59,997 nucleotides of DNA from a bacterium (GCA_046484135.1 JAWOBU010000262.1:1-59997), one strand, 5' to 3'. Positions 8,119 through 18,554 are shown, counted from the stretch's first letter. The notes: generated by a model not told the origin, from the sequence alone. Program-made: numbers and translations.

Positions 8119-10101
8119 ATGAAAAAGCAAATCTTTATGGTTCTGGCGTTGGTGGCGGGTCTTTTCCTTGCCTGGTCGGCCCGGGCCGAGGACGGGGTCA
8201 AGGGGCCGGTGCCCTGGGTGAGCGACATCGAGGGTGGTTCGGGCTCGCTTCTTGTCAAGCAACAGGACACGGACTGGTTCGAGGCCACGGTAAACACTCC
8301 GCTTGGTCGCGGCGACATGCTCTGGCAGAAGCCGGGCGGCCATTCCGAGGTCTACTTTGACGACGGAAGCTGGGTGAGACTTGGCGGCAAGACCGGGCTG
8401 GAGTTTGCCGAGCTCGAAGACGGCCGGGTGCGTTTAATCCAGACCCGGGGCCGTGCGCTCCTGAGTAACAGCGGCAGGGGCGAGTTCTTGGTGGATCTTC
8501 CCGGCCAGACCATGTCTTTGCCTCCTGGCTCCCGGGCGAGGCTCGCGGTTGACGAGGACGGCAACTCCCGGGTGGTGGTCAAAGAGGGCAAGGCGTACGT
8601 AACCGGCCCCGAAGGCAGGGTCCGGGTGAACCAAGGCCAAACCCTGCGCGCCGACCCGGAGGGACACATCCTGAAGCTTACCCGCGCTGATTCCTCCCGC
8701 GGCCTGGACCGCTACAGCCGGGAGAGAAGCCGGGAGCTGGGCCGCGGCGGCGGGCCTCCCACCACCACGGTGGCATACATGCCCGACCCGGTGGTTCACC
8801 AGATGAGCGTGCACGGCACCTGGGTGAACACCCCCGGCTACGGCTGGGTGTGGCGTCCCTCGGTCAGCGCAAGCTGGGCCCCCTACCGCGAAGGAAGGTG
8901 GATGTACCGCTCCGGCTGGGGCTGGACCTGGATAAGCTATGAGCCGTGGGGATGGTACCCCTACCATCACGGCCGCTGGGTTGTGGTGAACAATAACTGG
9001 GTATGGGCGCCTATGCACGTGCGGGGCCGGTGGTATCCTTCCCTGGTCTTCTGGGTGGAAGGACCCGACTATATCGCCTGGCACCCCATCCCCTACGGCG
9101 TGAGCGTGTCAGTGGTACACACTTGGGGACCTTCCACGGCCCGCCGGTATGTCCGGCACCGCGGGGTAACCGTGATCCACCACCGCCACTTCAGCTCCTG
9201 CAATTACCACCGTTACGTAAGGCCGTGGAACAGCGTCTCCCATCGGTCCGTCAGGGTGATACATCATCCCCATCACGCCCGGCATCATTCCATATCAGTG
9301 CGACATCATCATACACCACGCACTAACGGTTACATCCACAAAGGGAGAGCACCCTCCTCCCGGGCGGTGTATGCCCATAAAAGGCACTCATCCCGGGAAA
9401 AAACAGCACGTGTCCATTACGGGAACCGTACCGGAAGCAGAACGCACCCCTCCGCATCAAGAGACACTACCGTACGGGGCCACAACCCCCGCCGAGATTC
9501 CGACAGAAGCGCCGGGCGCAGCACCTCCAGGCCGAGCACGCCCCGCGCCGGAAACCGCGCCGGTCCGGGCAAGGCAAACGGAAGGCATTACGGGCATTCC
9601 AGCGATAAAACAAGAGGAAGAAGCTCCGTGCACTCCAAGGCCGCGAGAGACGCCGACCGGCCGGGAAACAAGGGATCACGTGCGCGGGGAGGCAACTCCG
9701 CTTCCCGCTCGAGACCGGACAAAAGCATCAACTACGGCGCGGACAGACCCCGCGTTAATAAGGGACGAGCGCCCGGTACTTCCCCCGGACATCATGATGG
9801 CGGCAGGAGCCTTAACAAGCGCGGCAACAGCTCCGGCAGAAGGGACATATCGCCCGGCTCGCCTTCCAGGCACGGCTCTTCCCGCGGTAAGGGAACGATT
9901 AACAAGCGGTCCCAACCAGAGAAAGGCTCTTCGTCAAGCCATATCTTTTCTTCCGGGAAAAAAAGCAAATCTTCCTCCGGCTCCCGCTCCTACTCGGCTC
10001 CCTCCCGGAAGAGTTCGCACAGCTCATCGCACCGAAGCTCGAAGAGTTCCCGAAGCTCGGGCGGCAAAAGCTCGGGCTCTCATCACAAGAGACACCGCTG
10101 A
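8119..10101 (+). CDS. Exported FecR-domain / DUF6600-like (W-rich repeat) protein with a long basic low-complexity tail
   Basis: Sec signal ending SARA; FecR-like beta domain; YGWVWRP...WAPY..GRW...WGWTW.SYEPWGW.PYHHGRW repeats; ~300-aa H/R/S/G-rich tail. Alternative start GTG 8110. Confidence 0.85.
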   Translation: MKKQIFMVLALVAGLFLAWSARAEDGVKGPVPWVSDIEGGSGSLLVKQQDTDWFEATVNTPLGRGDMLWQKPGGHSEVYFDDGSWVRLGGKTGLEFAELEDGRVRLIQTRGRALLSNSGRGEFLVDLPGQTMSLPPGSRARLAVDEDGNSRVVVKEGKAYVTGPEGRVRVNQGQTLRADPEGHILKLTRADSSRGLDRYSRERSRELGRGGGPPTTTVAYMPDPVVHQMSVHGTWVNTPGYGWVWRPSVSASWAPYREGRWMYRSGWGWTWISYEPWGWYPYHHGRWVVVNNNWVWAPMHVRGRWYPSLVFWVEGPDYIAWHPIPYGVSVSVVHTWGPSTARRYVRHRGVTVIHHRHFSSCNYHRYVRPWNSVSHRSVRVIHHPHHARHHSISVRHHHTPRTNGYIHKGRAPSSRAVYAHKRHSSREKTARVHYGNRTGSRTHPSASRDTTVRGHNPRRDSDRSAGRSTSRPSTPRAGNRAGPGKANGRHYGHSSDKTRGRSSVHSKAARDADRPGNKGSRARGGNSASRSRPDKSINYGADRPRVNKGRAPGTSPGHHDGGRSLNKRGNSSGRRDISPGSPSRHGSSRGKGTINKRSQPEKGSSSSHIFSSGKKSKSSSGSRSYSAPSRKSSHSSSHRSSKSSRSSGGKSSGSHHKRHR

Positions 10102-10126
10102 GTTAAGCGGGAAATGACGCATAAGT

Positions 10127-10160
10127 GCGAGCGGCGGAAGCAGTGGCTTTTGCCGCTCGC
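10127..10160 (+). terminator. Probable terminator hairpin
   Basis: 15-bp stem GCGAGCGGCGGAAGC/GCTTTTGCCGCTCGC with a 4-nt loop, followed shortly by T-rich sequence. Confidence 0.55.
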
Positions 10161-10276
10161 GCCATATTTATTGTTCCCCTCGGACCTGTCTTGCTAATCA
10201 GTCCTTATCGCGATTTTGACACCCGGGTGTATGAGTTCTTTTGTTCATGGTATCCTTTCTTTACGGAGTTCTTTTT

Positions 10277-11368
10277 ATGTCCGATATGAAAACAGACAGG
10301 GGCACTCGGGTAGTCCGTCTCGGCGATGTGCCGGTGGGAGGTTCTTACCCGGTCGTGGTGCAGTCCATGACCAACACCCCAACGCGGGACAGCAACAAGA
10401 CCCTCCGGCAGATACGGCGTCTTTACAAGCACGGCTGCGAGATAGTGCGGGTTGGGGTCCCCGACCATGAGTCGGCAGAGGCCCTGCATCGGATCGTCTC
10501 CCGTTCACCCGTGCCGGTGGTCGCTGACATCCATTTTGACCATACCCTGGCGCTGGAGGCGCTGGAGGCGGGCGTTGCCGGCCTGCGCCTTAATCCGGGC
10601 AACATCCGGAGCCGCAAAGCGGTTGATGAAGTAATCAAGGCCGCGGGTGAGAGGCGCGTTCCCATCCGGGTGGGGGTAAACGCAGGTTCTCTTCCCCGCG
10701 ACGTGCGCAAACGGCACCGCGGCTCGGTTTCTGACGCGCTGGTAGAGAGCGCCATGGAGCACATCCGGCTTCTGGAGAACGCGGACTTTTCTTTAGTAAA
10801 GGTGTCCTTGAAGGCCGCTGATGTTATGAGCACGGTGGAAGCCTATCGCAAAATGCGGGCGGAGCGCGACTACCCTCTTCACCTCGGCATCACGGAAGCC
10901 GGCACCGCCTGGAGCGGCCTGGTCAAGTCTTCTGCGGGCCTTGCCATCCTGCTCGCCGACGGGATCGGGGACACGATCCGGGTGTCCCTGGCCGCGGACC
11001 CGGTAGAGGAGGTCCGCGCCGCTTACGCCATCCTCCGCTCGCTGGGACTTCGTCGGAGAGGAGTGGAGGTGGTGGCCTGCCCGACCTGCGCGCGGGCAAG
11101 GCTGGACGTGCTCAAGGTCTCCCACAGAGTCGAGAAGAAGCTCTCCGCAATTGCTTCCCCTTTGACGGTCGCGGTCATGGGATGCGCGGTGAACGGACCG
11201 GGCGAAGCCAGGCTCGCGGACTTAGGCTGTGTGGGGACCGACAAGGGCATCCAGGTATACGTCAAGGGAGAGCGAAAAGGGACGGTACCGCCGGACCGGA
11301 TAGTGAACTGGCTTTACGACACCGCTTGCGGGATCGCACGTGATGAGCACGGCGAAGAGATTTCTTGA
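10277..11368 (+). CDS. ispG: (E)-4-hydroxy-3-methylbut-2-enyl-diphosphate synthase
   Basis: VQSMTNT, ADIHF, RLNPGN, RVGVNAGSL, HLGITEAG, GDTIRVSL, CPTC, MGCAVNGPGEA. Start set at ATG 10277 after GGAG. Confidence 0.97.
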   Translation: MSDMKTDRGTRVVRLGDVPVGGSYPVVVQSMTNTPTRDSNKTLRQIRRLYKHGCEIVRVGVPDHESAEALHRIVSRSPVPVVADIHFDHTLALEALEAGVAGLRLNPGNIRSRKAVDEVIKAAGERRVPIRVGVNAGSLPRDVRKRHRGSVSDALVESAMEHIRLLENADFSLVKVSLKAADVMSTVEAYRKMRAERDYPLHLGITEAGTAWSGLVKSSAGLAILLADGIGDTIRVSLAADPVEEVRAAYAILRSLGLRRRGVEVVACPTCARARLDVLKVSHRVEKKLSAIASPLTVAVMGCAVNGPGEARLADLGCVGTDKGIQVYVKGERKGTVPPDRIVNWLYDTACGIARDEHGEEIS

Positions 11369-11409
11369 TTGGTGCCTTTCTCTTTTAAAAACAGAACCGG
11401 GAGTTCCTG

Positions 11410-12264
11410 ATGTCTTACATCGTTTTGAACGGCAAACTGGTTGAAAAAGAAAAAGCCTGCCTCCCGGTAGACGACCGGGGGTTTTTGCTGGGAGACGGCG
11501 TGTTCGAGACCATGCGGTCTTATGGCCGGAAGCTGTTCAGGTATGAAGACCACCTGAAAAGGCTTGAGAACGCGTGCCACGCGCTCAGCCTGAATCCGCC
11601 CGCTTCGCACGAGCTTGATTCCATGATCGGCGAGCTCTTCAAAAAGAACGAGCTCGACTCCGCCCGCGTGCGGCTTACGGTTACCAGGGGCAGACACACC
11701 GGCGGCATGGGACTTTACAACTCCGAAGAGTCCACTCTTATTATCACTGCGGAGCCGCTTCCGCCGGCTCTTCTCGAGCGGGACCGGCCGCCTGTCAGCC
11801 TTGCCGGCGCCGACGTTTATTTCACGAACGACAACCCCATCTATAAACACAAGACCATAAACCGGCTTCCGCATCTTTCGGCGCGTACCCAGGCGGAGAA
11901 GAAGGGAGCGGACGAAGCCCTGATCCTCGACCACATGGGCAACGTGGCCTGCACCTCGACCGGAAACCTCTTCGCGGTGCAGTACGAACAGCTCTTCACC
12001 GCTCCGCTTACAGGGCCGGTCCTTCCGGGTATCACGCGCAAGACGGTGCTGGAGCTGGCCCGCGAGGAGGGCATACCTCTACGGGAGGATTTTTTCTCTC
12101 CCCTCCTGCCGGCTTCCGCGGATGAGCTCTTTATGACCAATTCGGTGCAGGAGATCGTGCCGGTGGTCAAGGTCAACGACACTCAGGTAGGCTCGGGCAG
12201 GCCCGGGCCGGTCACCTTGAAGCTCATGGACAAGTATCGGCAGGCCGCGGAGTCCTCTTCGTAA
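11410..12264 (+). CDS. Class IV PLP aminotransferase (PabC/IlvE/D-amino-acid transaminase family), possibly aminodeoxychorismate lyase
   Basis: DRGFLLGDGVFETMR, HLKRL, HKT, LPGITR, ADELFMTNS; pabA and pabB occur elsewhere in the window. Confidence 0.85.
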   Translation: MSYIVLNGKLVEKEKACLPVDDRGFLLGDGVFETMRSYGRKLFRYEDHLKRLENACHALSLNPPASHELDSMIGELFKKNELDSARVRLTVTRGRHTGGMGLYNSEESTLIITAEPLPPALLERDRPPVSLAGADVYFTNDNPIYKHKTINRLPHLSARTQAEKKGADEALILDHMGNVACTSTGNLFAVQYEQLFTAPLTGPVLPGITRKTVLELAREEGIPLREDFFSPLLPASADELFMTNSVQEIVPVVKVNDTQVGSGRPGPVTLKLMDKYRQAAESSS

Positions 12265-12271
12265 TCCACAT

Positions 12272-14593
12272 TTAACGCAGGCCCCATTTCCTCCGGAAGT
12301 ACCAGCCCGCCACCAACAATCCGAAGACAAGCACGAACACCGGCCAGTTGTCCCAGAGCGGAACGTCCTTGATGCCCGTGACCTGCTCGACGTCCCGCCT
12401 GTTGAAGACGAAGTCGTCCGCCGAACCCGAGGTTTGGACGGCCGCTCCGCCGGTGGTGTCGCTGATGGCTTTGAGAAGTTTGGGATGAGGCATCACGTCT
12501 TCAAACTCCTCGCTTCTTTTTGCGACCTCGATTATCTCGTCGTCCTGGCCCAGGGACCTTTCCTGAAGGGACGCCTGCGCGCGGACCCGGTATCCGCCGG
12601 CCTTTTCGGGAGTGACAGTAAAGCGGTACTTGCCTTTGGCGAAGTGTTGCGGCTCCGGAAGCTGGAGCTCGCTTCCTTCCGGCTCTTTAACCACCTCGAT
12701 GGACACGTCCGCCTTGTCAGTCGGCTCGTAGGTTTCGTCCAGGACCTCGAGTACGAACTTCACCTCTTCGCCGGGCTCGACCTTGCCCTTGTCCGCGTTC
12801 AAGGAGAGGAGCTTCATGGCCGGGTCTTGCAGCAGCCATCTTACCGAGTTTTCCCAGAAGCGCTGATAGGGCTTGTTGGACTTTCCTTCTCCCGCGGCCA
12901 GGAGGTTCCATTGCCAGGAACAGTCGGTCATCACAGTCATTACCCTGCCGGCGCCGACCTCCCTTACGGCGATGAGAGGCACGTTCTCTTTTGCGCCTTT
13001 TTCGTAAGGGTGTCGGGCCAGGACCAGCGCACCCGGAACCGCCCGCCGCACCCGGTTGAAAGCGGACAGAGCGGGCAGTCGCGGCCATACCTCCGCCGCT
13101 TCTTCCCCGCTGTCGCCCACGTCCATAATGGGATGACGCATTCCCGCCTCCGTAAGCGCCGCCTTGAACTTGTCCTCGGTGTAGTTGGGAATGCTGTTTA
13201 CAGGCTCGACCGGCAGGATGTCCCGCAGTTTGGGGTCGAGCCTTCCCTGCCCGAAGAACCCTCGGGGACCGCCTATCATCAGGAAGGCCCCTCCTCTTTC
13301 CCGCACGAACCGGTTCAGGTTGGACATGTAGGTCGGATAATTATGAAACATGTAGGGAGGGCCCCGGAAGTTCTGCCAGATGACCATGTCAAAGGTGTCA
13401 AGCTCCTTGGTGAAAAGCTCGTGGGTAGGGAAGGGGATTAAGGACACTTCCTCCTGGCGGGCCTGGTAGTCGTCCCAGTGCTGGCGGAGTATGTAGAAGC
13501 TGACCAGGTCCACCGACGGGTTCTTCTTCAATGTCTCTCGCAAAAACCGCTCGTCCCAGGACGGGTTCCCTACGATGTAAAGGATCCTGGTCTTGTCGCG
13601 GAGCACCTTGAGCGGGAACCGGAAGGTGTTGTTGGACGTGGTAACCTCGCCCGGGACCTCGGGGACCTCGACGGTAAACATGAACTCTCCCACCTGGCGG
13701 GGAGTGAAACGAAGCGAGACCTCTACGTCGCTGTTGGCGGGGCCCAGCTCGATGGTTTCGCTTGTTAAAACTCTGCCGCCCTGCTTGACGCTGACCGGGA
13801 CCTTGCGGGAGAGGTCTCCGCGTGCCCGGATGCTCACCGAAACCTCGAACGGGTTGTGCACGAACCCGTAATCATCGTGGACCACGTCCATGATCGCCAG
13901 GTCCTTTATGACCGAGGTGTCCCCCGCGGCCACCGTGTTAACGGGAGCGGGAAAATCCTGCAAGAGCCCCTTCACCTTTTCCGGGGAGCCCCGAAGCATA
14001 GAGGCGTTTTTAGTATCGGTGCCGTCGGAGATAAGCGCCACGCCCGCCAGCGGCGTTCCTTCCTCTGATCGGGCCGCTTCGCCTAGCGCGGAGAGGATGT
14101 CGGTTGCAGGTCCCTTGGCCGGCAGTCCTTTTTCCGGCAGGCCGTCAAACCTTGCAACGGCCTCGTCAAACCCGAGCCAGCTCACCGAGAACTCTTCTTC
14201 CAGCTCATGAAAGAAATCTTTTTCCGAGCGCAAAAAGTGAAGTGCGGACTCTCTCCTGGTCTGTTTTTCCCCGGCCGGCAGGGTCATGCTCTCGGAAGTG
14301 TCTATAAGCACCACCACCCGCTCTGCGAGCTTCGCGGTTTTGGCGAGCCGGATGGCCGGTTGCAAAAGCAGGAAAGCCAAGGCAAGTACGGCTGCGACCT
14401 GCAGGAGCAATAGAAAGACCCTTCTTCCTCTGCCGGTAAGATCGCCCAGGGAAGAACGGACCCACAAGAGCCCGGCAACGGCAAGTCCCGCCAGAACCAG
14501 ATAGGTGAGCCAGTGCTCGAGACCGGAAAAATGCAGACTCCAGGTATTGAAACCGGAAGTGTCTATCCCGAACTTTTGCAACAGCGAAAACAT
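12272..14593 (-). CDS. Membrane protein with VWA-like, Ig-like and glutamine-amidotransferase-like (GATase1-like) domains
   Basis: N-terminal TM helices, MIDAS-like DTSESM, LISDG, GGAFLMIGG, GAGRV, C-terminal TM ending WYFRRKWGLR. Confidence 0.8.
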   Translation of the reverse strand: MFSLLQKFGIDTSGFNTWSLHFSGLEHWLTYLVLAGLAVAGLLWVRSSLGDLTGRGRRVFLLLLQVAAVLALAFLLLQPAIRLAKTAKLAERVVVLIDTSESMTLPAGEKQTRRESALHFLRSEKDFFHELEEEFSVSWLGFDEAVARFDGLPEKGLPAKGPATDILSALGEAARSEEGTPLAGVALISDGTDTKNASMLRGSPEKVKGLLQDFPAPVNTVAAGDTSVIKDLAIMDVVHDDYGFVHNPFEVSVSIRARGDLSRKVPVSVKQGGRVLTSETIELGPANSDVEVSLRFTPRQVGEFMFTVEVPEVPGEVTTSNNTFRFPLKVLRDKTRILYIVGNPSWDERFLRETLKKNPSVDLVSFYILRQHWDDYQARQEEVSLIPFPTHELFTKELDTFDMVIWQNFRGPPYMFHNYPTYMSNLNRFVRERGGAFLMIGGPRGFFGQGRLDPKLRDILPVEPVNSIPNYTEDKFKAALTEAGMRHPIMDVGDSGEEAAEVWPRLPALSAFNRVRRAVPGALVLARHPYEKGAKENVPLIAVREVGAGRVMTVMTDCSWQWNLLAAGEGKSNKPYQRFWENSVRWLLQDPAMKLLSLNADKGKVEPGEEVKFVLEVLDETYEPTDKADVSIEVVKEPEGSELQLPEPQHFAKGKYRFTVTPEKAGGYRVRAQASLQERSLGQDDEIIEVAKRSEEFEDVMPHPKLLKAISDTTGGAAVQTSGSADDFVFNRRDVEQVTGIKDVPLWDNWPVFVLVFGLLVAGWYFRRKWGLR

Positions 14594-14600
14594 GGGAGCG

Positions 14601-15431
14601 CTACTTGCCTTTCCTGCGCTTGGATATGAAAGGCACGTGAATGAGGTCTTTCTTATAGTTCAAGCACAAAGCATACATGATAAGGTTTACGGACAGTCGA
14701 ACGGCTTTCTCGCGCTGGAGCTCTCCGCCGGGCTTGACCGGGTTCAGCCCCCCTCCGGACTGGTCGCGGGCCCATGCTCCGCCCAGGTCGTTGGACGAGT
14801 AGATGAGCACGGTCCTGTCCCCCCTGTCAATGCCGGTGAGGTAGGGACGCGTTACCGTCCTCCCTGCCGCGCGGTCGAGGATGTAATATGACTGAAAAAC
14901 GGTGTGGTCTTCCGGAAGCTTGTCCAGGCCCTCGCCGGGAAAGATGCGGGAGACCTCCCTTTGAAACGCCTTGTCAAAGCCCACGCCGGGACTGCACAAA
15001 GCGTCGTCCGCCAGCAGGAACCCGCCGTAGCTCAAGAACATGCGAAGCCTTTCCACCGCTTTTTCCGACAGTGGCTCGAACTCCCTGGTGCCGGTCCAGT
15101 AAAGGAAGGGGTAATGGAAAAGCTTTTTGTCTTCCGGCCGCAGGTCCACCCGCTCGGTGGAAGCGGGTATGCTGGTGCGGCTCCGGAGCGTCTTCATGAG
15201 GTATCGCGCGGCCGAAGGGTAGGGGTTCCAGGACATGTCGTCTCCGTACATGAGCTGGGTAAAATAAAAGCCGGGCGGGACCTCGATCTCCGGACGGAAA
15301 TAGCCGAAGCGGGCTGTTGCCTTTCCGGACAGCAACAAAGGAGACAACGCCGCAAGCCCGCTCAAGAGCCTGCCGAACTCCCTTCTGTCCTTTACGCCGT
15401 CTTTCCGGTCCCGGTCTTTTTGGTCTGACAT
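14601..15431 (-). CDS. DUF4159 family protein with a Tat signal
   Basis: DRREF twin-arginine motif plus hydrophobic stretch; YPFLYWTG, GGFLLADD, NDLGGAW, NLIMYAL. Confidence 0.85.
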   Translation of the reverse strand: MSDQKDRDRKDGVKDRREFGRLLSGLAALSPLLLSGKATARFGYFRPEIEVPPGFYFTQLMYGDDMSWNPYPSAARYLMKTLRSRTSIPASTERVDLRPEDKKLFHYPFLYWTGTREFEPLSEKAVERLRMFLSYGGFLLADDALCSPGVGFDKAFQREVSRIFPGEGLDKLPEDHTVFQSYYILDRAAGRTVTRPYLTGIDRGDRTVLIYSSNDLGGAWARDQSGGGLNPVKPGGELQREKAVRLSVNLIMYALCLNYKKDLIHVPFISKRRKGK

Positions 15432-15474
15432 CTTTACTTGCCTTTCCTGTTATCATGTGGCGACTGTTTATAGA

Positions 15475-17613
15475 TCAACCTCTTCTAACCAGTATCCTTT
15501 CCGCCACGAATAGCAGTCCCAGTATCCACAGGAGATGGATGGCATAAGCGCTCTTAATGAGCTTGGACTTTTGCGCGTTCTCTGCCGCCCCCTCGGTGTT
15601 CGCGATGGTGACCTGGTCCGCTGCCGACCAGACCTCGATCTGTGAGGCTGTCGCTTTGGCGGGGTCGGACTCCGCCGGGTCCGGGTTGATTACCACCGTC
15701 CTGTCAGCGGAAGCAGGCCTTCTTTCATCTTCCGGTATCTCCGGGCCCTTAAAAAATATGAAATATACTCCCGGCTTTTCGGTTTTCGAAAGCCTTACGC
15801 GGCGCGAGCCTTTTTCTTTTATAAGCTCGGATTCCCAGGCGGCGCCGTCCGGCCCCCGCACCCGCGCTCCCGTAACGCCGGAAGGCACTGGCACGTCCAC
15901 CACCGAGCCGGCCCGTATATCGCCGGCGTCCTTCATAACCAGGGAGTCGGCCAAATACTGCACGGTCTGGTGAAACAAGGGCAGGTAAGTAGGATGGATG
16001 CAGAAGTCGTTCCATTCCCGGTCGGCGCTGGACGCGAAAAGGATGACCTTGCCCTTGCCGTAATCTGACTCGACCATCATGGGCGTCCCGTCGGTAAGCC
16101 GCAGAATGGTCTTGCTTTTGGGGTCAACTTCCTGCTGGAGGAGGAAGTACTTACGAAAGCCGGGCAGCCCCAGGTCGCCCTGGCCCGGTTCCTGGAAGAC
16201 AGTAAGGATGGGATGTACGTCCGCGTCCGCGGAAGGGGACTCGAGGTGCATGGTCCTTACTTCTTCCTTGCCCTGGGCGCCGGCATAGGAGAGCTTTACT
16301 CCCCGGAGCTCGCGGGGAAGGAGCTCTCCCCACCTGGCGTTATAGTTGTCTGCGTCCACCTGGTCGCCCAACGTGAGCAGGATGCCGCCGCCTTTTTTGA
16401 CAAAGCGCTTTATCCGTTCGGTCGTGCCTTGCTTCAGCTCGCCGGTATTGGCCAGCACCAGCACCTGGTAGTCGTCCAGTTTTTCTTCGTTTAGCTCGTG
16501 TGGCGTAACCGTACGCGGGTTTATTCGCGAGCGGGTGTAGAGCCGTGGGTTCAGCGCCTGGTCCAAAAAGTAGGTTTCTGACTCCATGTAGCTGGTGCCG
16601 GGTTCTCCGTCCACAATCAGGGTCCGAACGCGCTGTCCTCCTTTTAAGTGAAAGTGGTAGGCATTGTCAGCGGTCATGCCGTCCTCCACTCCGAGTCTTA
16701 TAATGCCGGCGCCTTGCGGGACCTCGGTCAGGGTAAAGGACTTGTCCTTTTTCTCGCCGGCCTTTAAGTCCACAAAACCCTGGGCCGCCGTCTTCTGTCC
16801 GAACTCGACCTTGATGACTGCCTCCCGGAGGTCCTGGTTTCCGAAGTTGGCCACGGTCGCCTTTAAGGTGGCGGCCTTGTCGCGGGCGAGCGCCCGCCAG
16901 TCTATGTCGAGGTTGGTTACGGTTACATTTTTCGGTTCGAGCTCTTGCGCCACGTCCATGATGTAGACGGGCGGGAGGGACGACTTCTGCTTTATGGACT
17001 TTTGCCAGCCGTGCTTCTGGAGATCGGTAAAGACGATAATCATCTGTTCTCGTTCTTCGATCCCCGAGAGCTTGCCGGCGGCCCGGAGCAGGGCCTGGTT
17101 CATGCGGGCGGCTTGAAACGCGGGTTTCATGGCCGCTATTTCATCTTTCACCTTTTGGATATCGCCTGATACGTCAGTCCCCTCGAGCCTTACCGCGTCC
17201 ATGACTCCGAGGCGGTCTTCTTCGGTCATGCTCTCCGCCCAGGAAAATGCTTCTTCCCTTGCCTTCTGAAACAGGGTCATATCGCCGTCCTTCCTGGTCA
17301 TGGACATGGAGGTGTCCATTACCATCACTGCTTCCACGGGCTTCTCCCCCTTTTTGATAGCGGGCACACTGCGGGCGAACAGCGGCACAGCCAGGGCAAG
17401 GGGCAGGATGAGCGCCATCAGGCACCTTATGAGGAGAAGCAGGTACTCCTGGAGCTTCAGTTTTCTGGCGACCTTTTTATAAGAGAGGAGCACGAAGCGC
17501 ATGGCCGGGAACTCGAGGTTCCTGACCCTTCTCCTGAAGAAGAAGTGGATCAGCACAGGGGCGGCCACCCCGAGGGCTCCCAGTGCCAGCCAGGGGTTCA
17601 GAAAGGAGAACAT
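15475..17613 (-). CDS. BatA N-terminal domain + VWA + GATase-like membrane protein
   Basis: FLNPW...PVLIHF...FPAMRF (BatA); DTSMSM; FTDLQ; C-terminal TM. The ATG overlaps the upstream TAA. Confidence 0.85.
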   Translation of the reverse strand: MFSFLNPWLALGALGVAAPVLIHFFFRRRVRNLEFPAMRFVLLSYKKVARKLKLQEYLLLLIRCLMALILPLALAVPLFARSVPAIKKGEKPVEAVMVMDTSMSMTRKDGDMTLFQKAREEAFSWAESMTEEDRLGVMDAVRLEGTDVSGDIQKVKDEIAAMKPAFQAARMNQALLRAAGKLSGIEEREQMIIVFTDLQKHGWQKSIKQKSSLPPVYIMDVAQELEPKNVTVTNLDIDWRALARDKAATLKATVANFGNQDLREAVIKVEFGQKTAAQGFVDLKAGEKKDKSFTLTEVPQGAGIIRLGVEDGMTADNAYHFHLKGGQRVRTLIVDGEPGTSYMESETYFLDQALNPRLYTRSRINPRTVTPHELNEEKLDDYQVLVLANTGELKQGTTERIKRFVKKGGGILLTLGDQVDADNYNARWGELLPRELRGVKLSYAGAQGKEEVRTMHLESPSADADVHPILTVFQEPGQGDLGLPGFRKYFLLQQEVDPKSKTILRLTDGTPMMVESDYGKGKVILFASSADREWNDFCIHPTYLPLFHQTVQYLADSLVMKDAGDIRAGSVVDVPVPSGVTGARVRGPDGAAWESELIKEKGSRRVRLSKTEKPGVYFIFFKGPEIPEDERRPASADRTVVINPDPAESDPAKATASQIEVWSAADQVTIANTEGAAENAQKSKLIKSAYAIHLLWILGLLFVAERILVRRG

Positions 17614-18554
17614 TATCTTGTCCTCCTGGCGCCGGAGGCGGACACTGCCTGGCGGTAGCCGAGCCACGAGGTCAGCAGTTTGGATGGCGACCGGTCGGTC
17701 CGGGCAAGGTTATAGTCTATTCCTCTTCCGTCGCATTCCCGCTGGACGCGGTCTATAAAGTCGTTCATGTGTTTTTGGTACTCTTCCCTGATGGTGCGGG
17801 GGTCCACGGTTAGCCTTACCGGCCCTTCCATGTCCTTGAACATGGAGAGCCTCTGGAAGGGGAATTCTATCTCGTCGCGGTCGAGCACGTGGAAGACGAC
17901 TATCTCCTGCCGCCGGGACCGGAGCAGGCGCAGGGCGTGGAGCATGCTATCGGGGTCGTCCAGGAGATCGGAGAAGATAATCACCATGGCCCTTCCCTTG
18001 ATGAGGGGCACCAGGTCGGCAAGCGAGCGGGCGATGTCTGTGCCCGGCTCAGGCTCGATTCCGGCAAGCCTCTTGGTGATCTCGTGAAAGTGGGTCTGCC
18101 GCGGCCGGGGAGGCAGGAAGCCGGAGAGTCCGTCGCCCACTATTCCCATGCCCACTGCGTCGGACTGGTTCAGGAGCAGGTAGGAAACGGCGCAGGCCAG
18201 AAGCCTCGCCCGGTCGAGCTTGGAAGGGACGGGGTTTCCGTCTTCGTCCTTTGCGTCCTTGCCCTGATAAGCCATGGAGCGGGAGCCGTCCACCAGTATA
18301 AGCGAGGATATGTTGGTGTCGTCCTCGTACTCCTTTATGTAATAGCGGTCCGACTTGGCGTAGACCTTCCAGTCAATCCGACGGATGTCGTCGCCGGGCG
18401 TATACTCCTTGTGCTCGGCGAACTCGATGGACCGGCCCCGGTGCCGGGCGTGATGTACGCCCATGAGAACGCCTTCGGCAACCTCCCGGGCTCTGAGCTC
18501 GAGAGCCTGCATTCTTCGCATAAGTTCCGGGTCAAGAAATTTGAGCTGAGTCAT
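17613..18554 (-). CDS. DUF58 (VWA-like) MoxR-associated protein
   Basis: GRSIEFAEHKEYTPGDDIRRIDWKVYAK, DGSRSM, FSDLL. Start moved to ATG 18554. Confidence 0.92.
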   Translation of the reverse strand: MTQLKFLDPELMRRMQALELRAREVAEGVLMGVHHARHRGRSIEFAEHKEYTPGDDIRRIDWKVYAKSDRYYIKEYEDDTNISSLILVDGSRSMAYQGKDAKDEDGNPVPSKLDRARLLACAVSYLLLNQSDAVGMGIVGDGLSGFLPPRPRQTHFHEITKRLAGIEPEPGTDIARSLADLVPLIKGRAMVIIFSDLLDDPDSMLHALRLLRSRRQEIVVFHVLDRDEIEFPFQRLSMFKDMEGPVRLTVDPRTIREEYQKHMNDFIDRVQRECDGRGIDYNLARTDRSPSKLLTSWLGYRQAVSASGARRTR

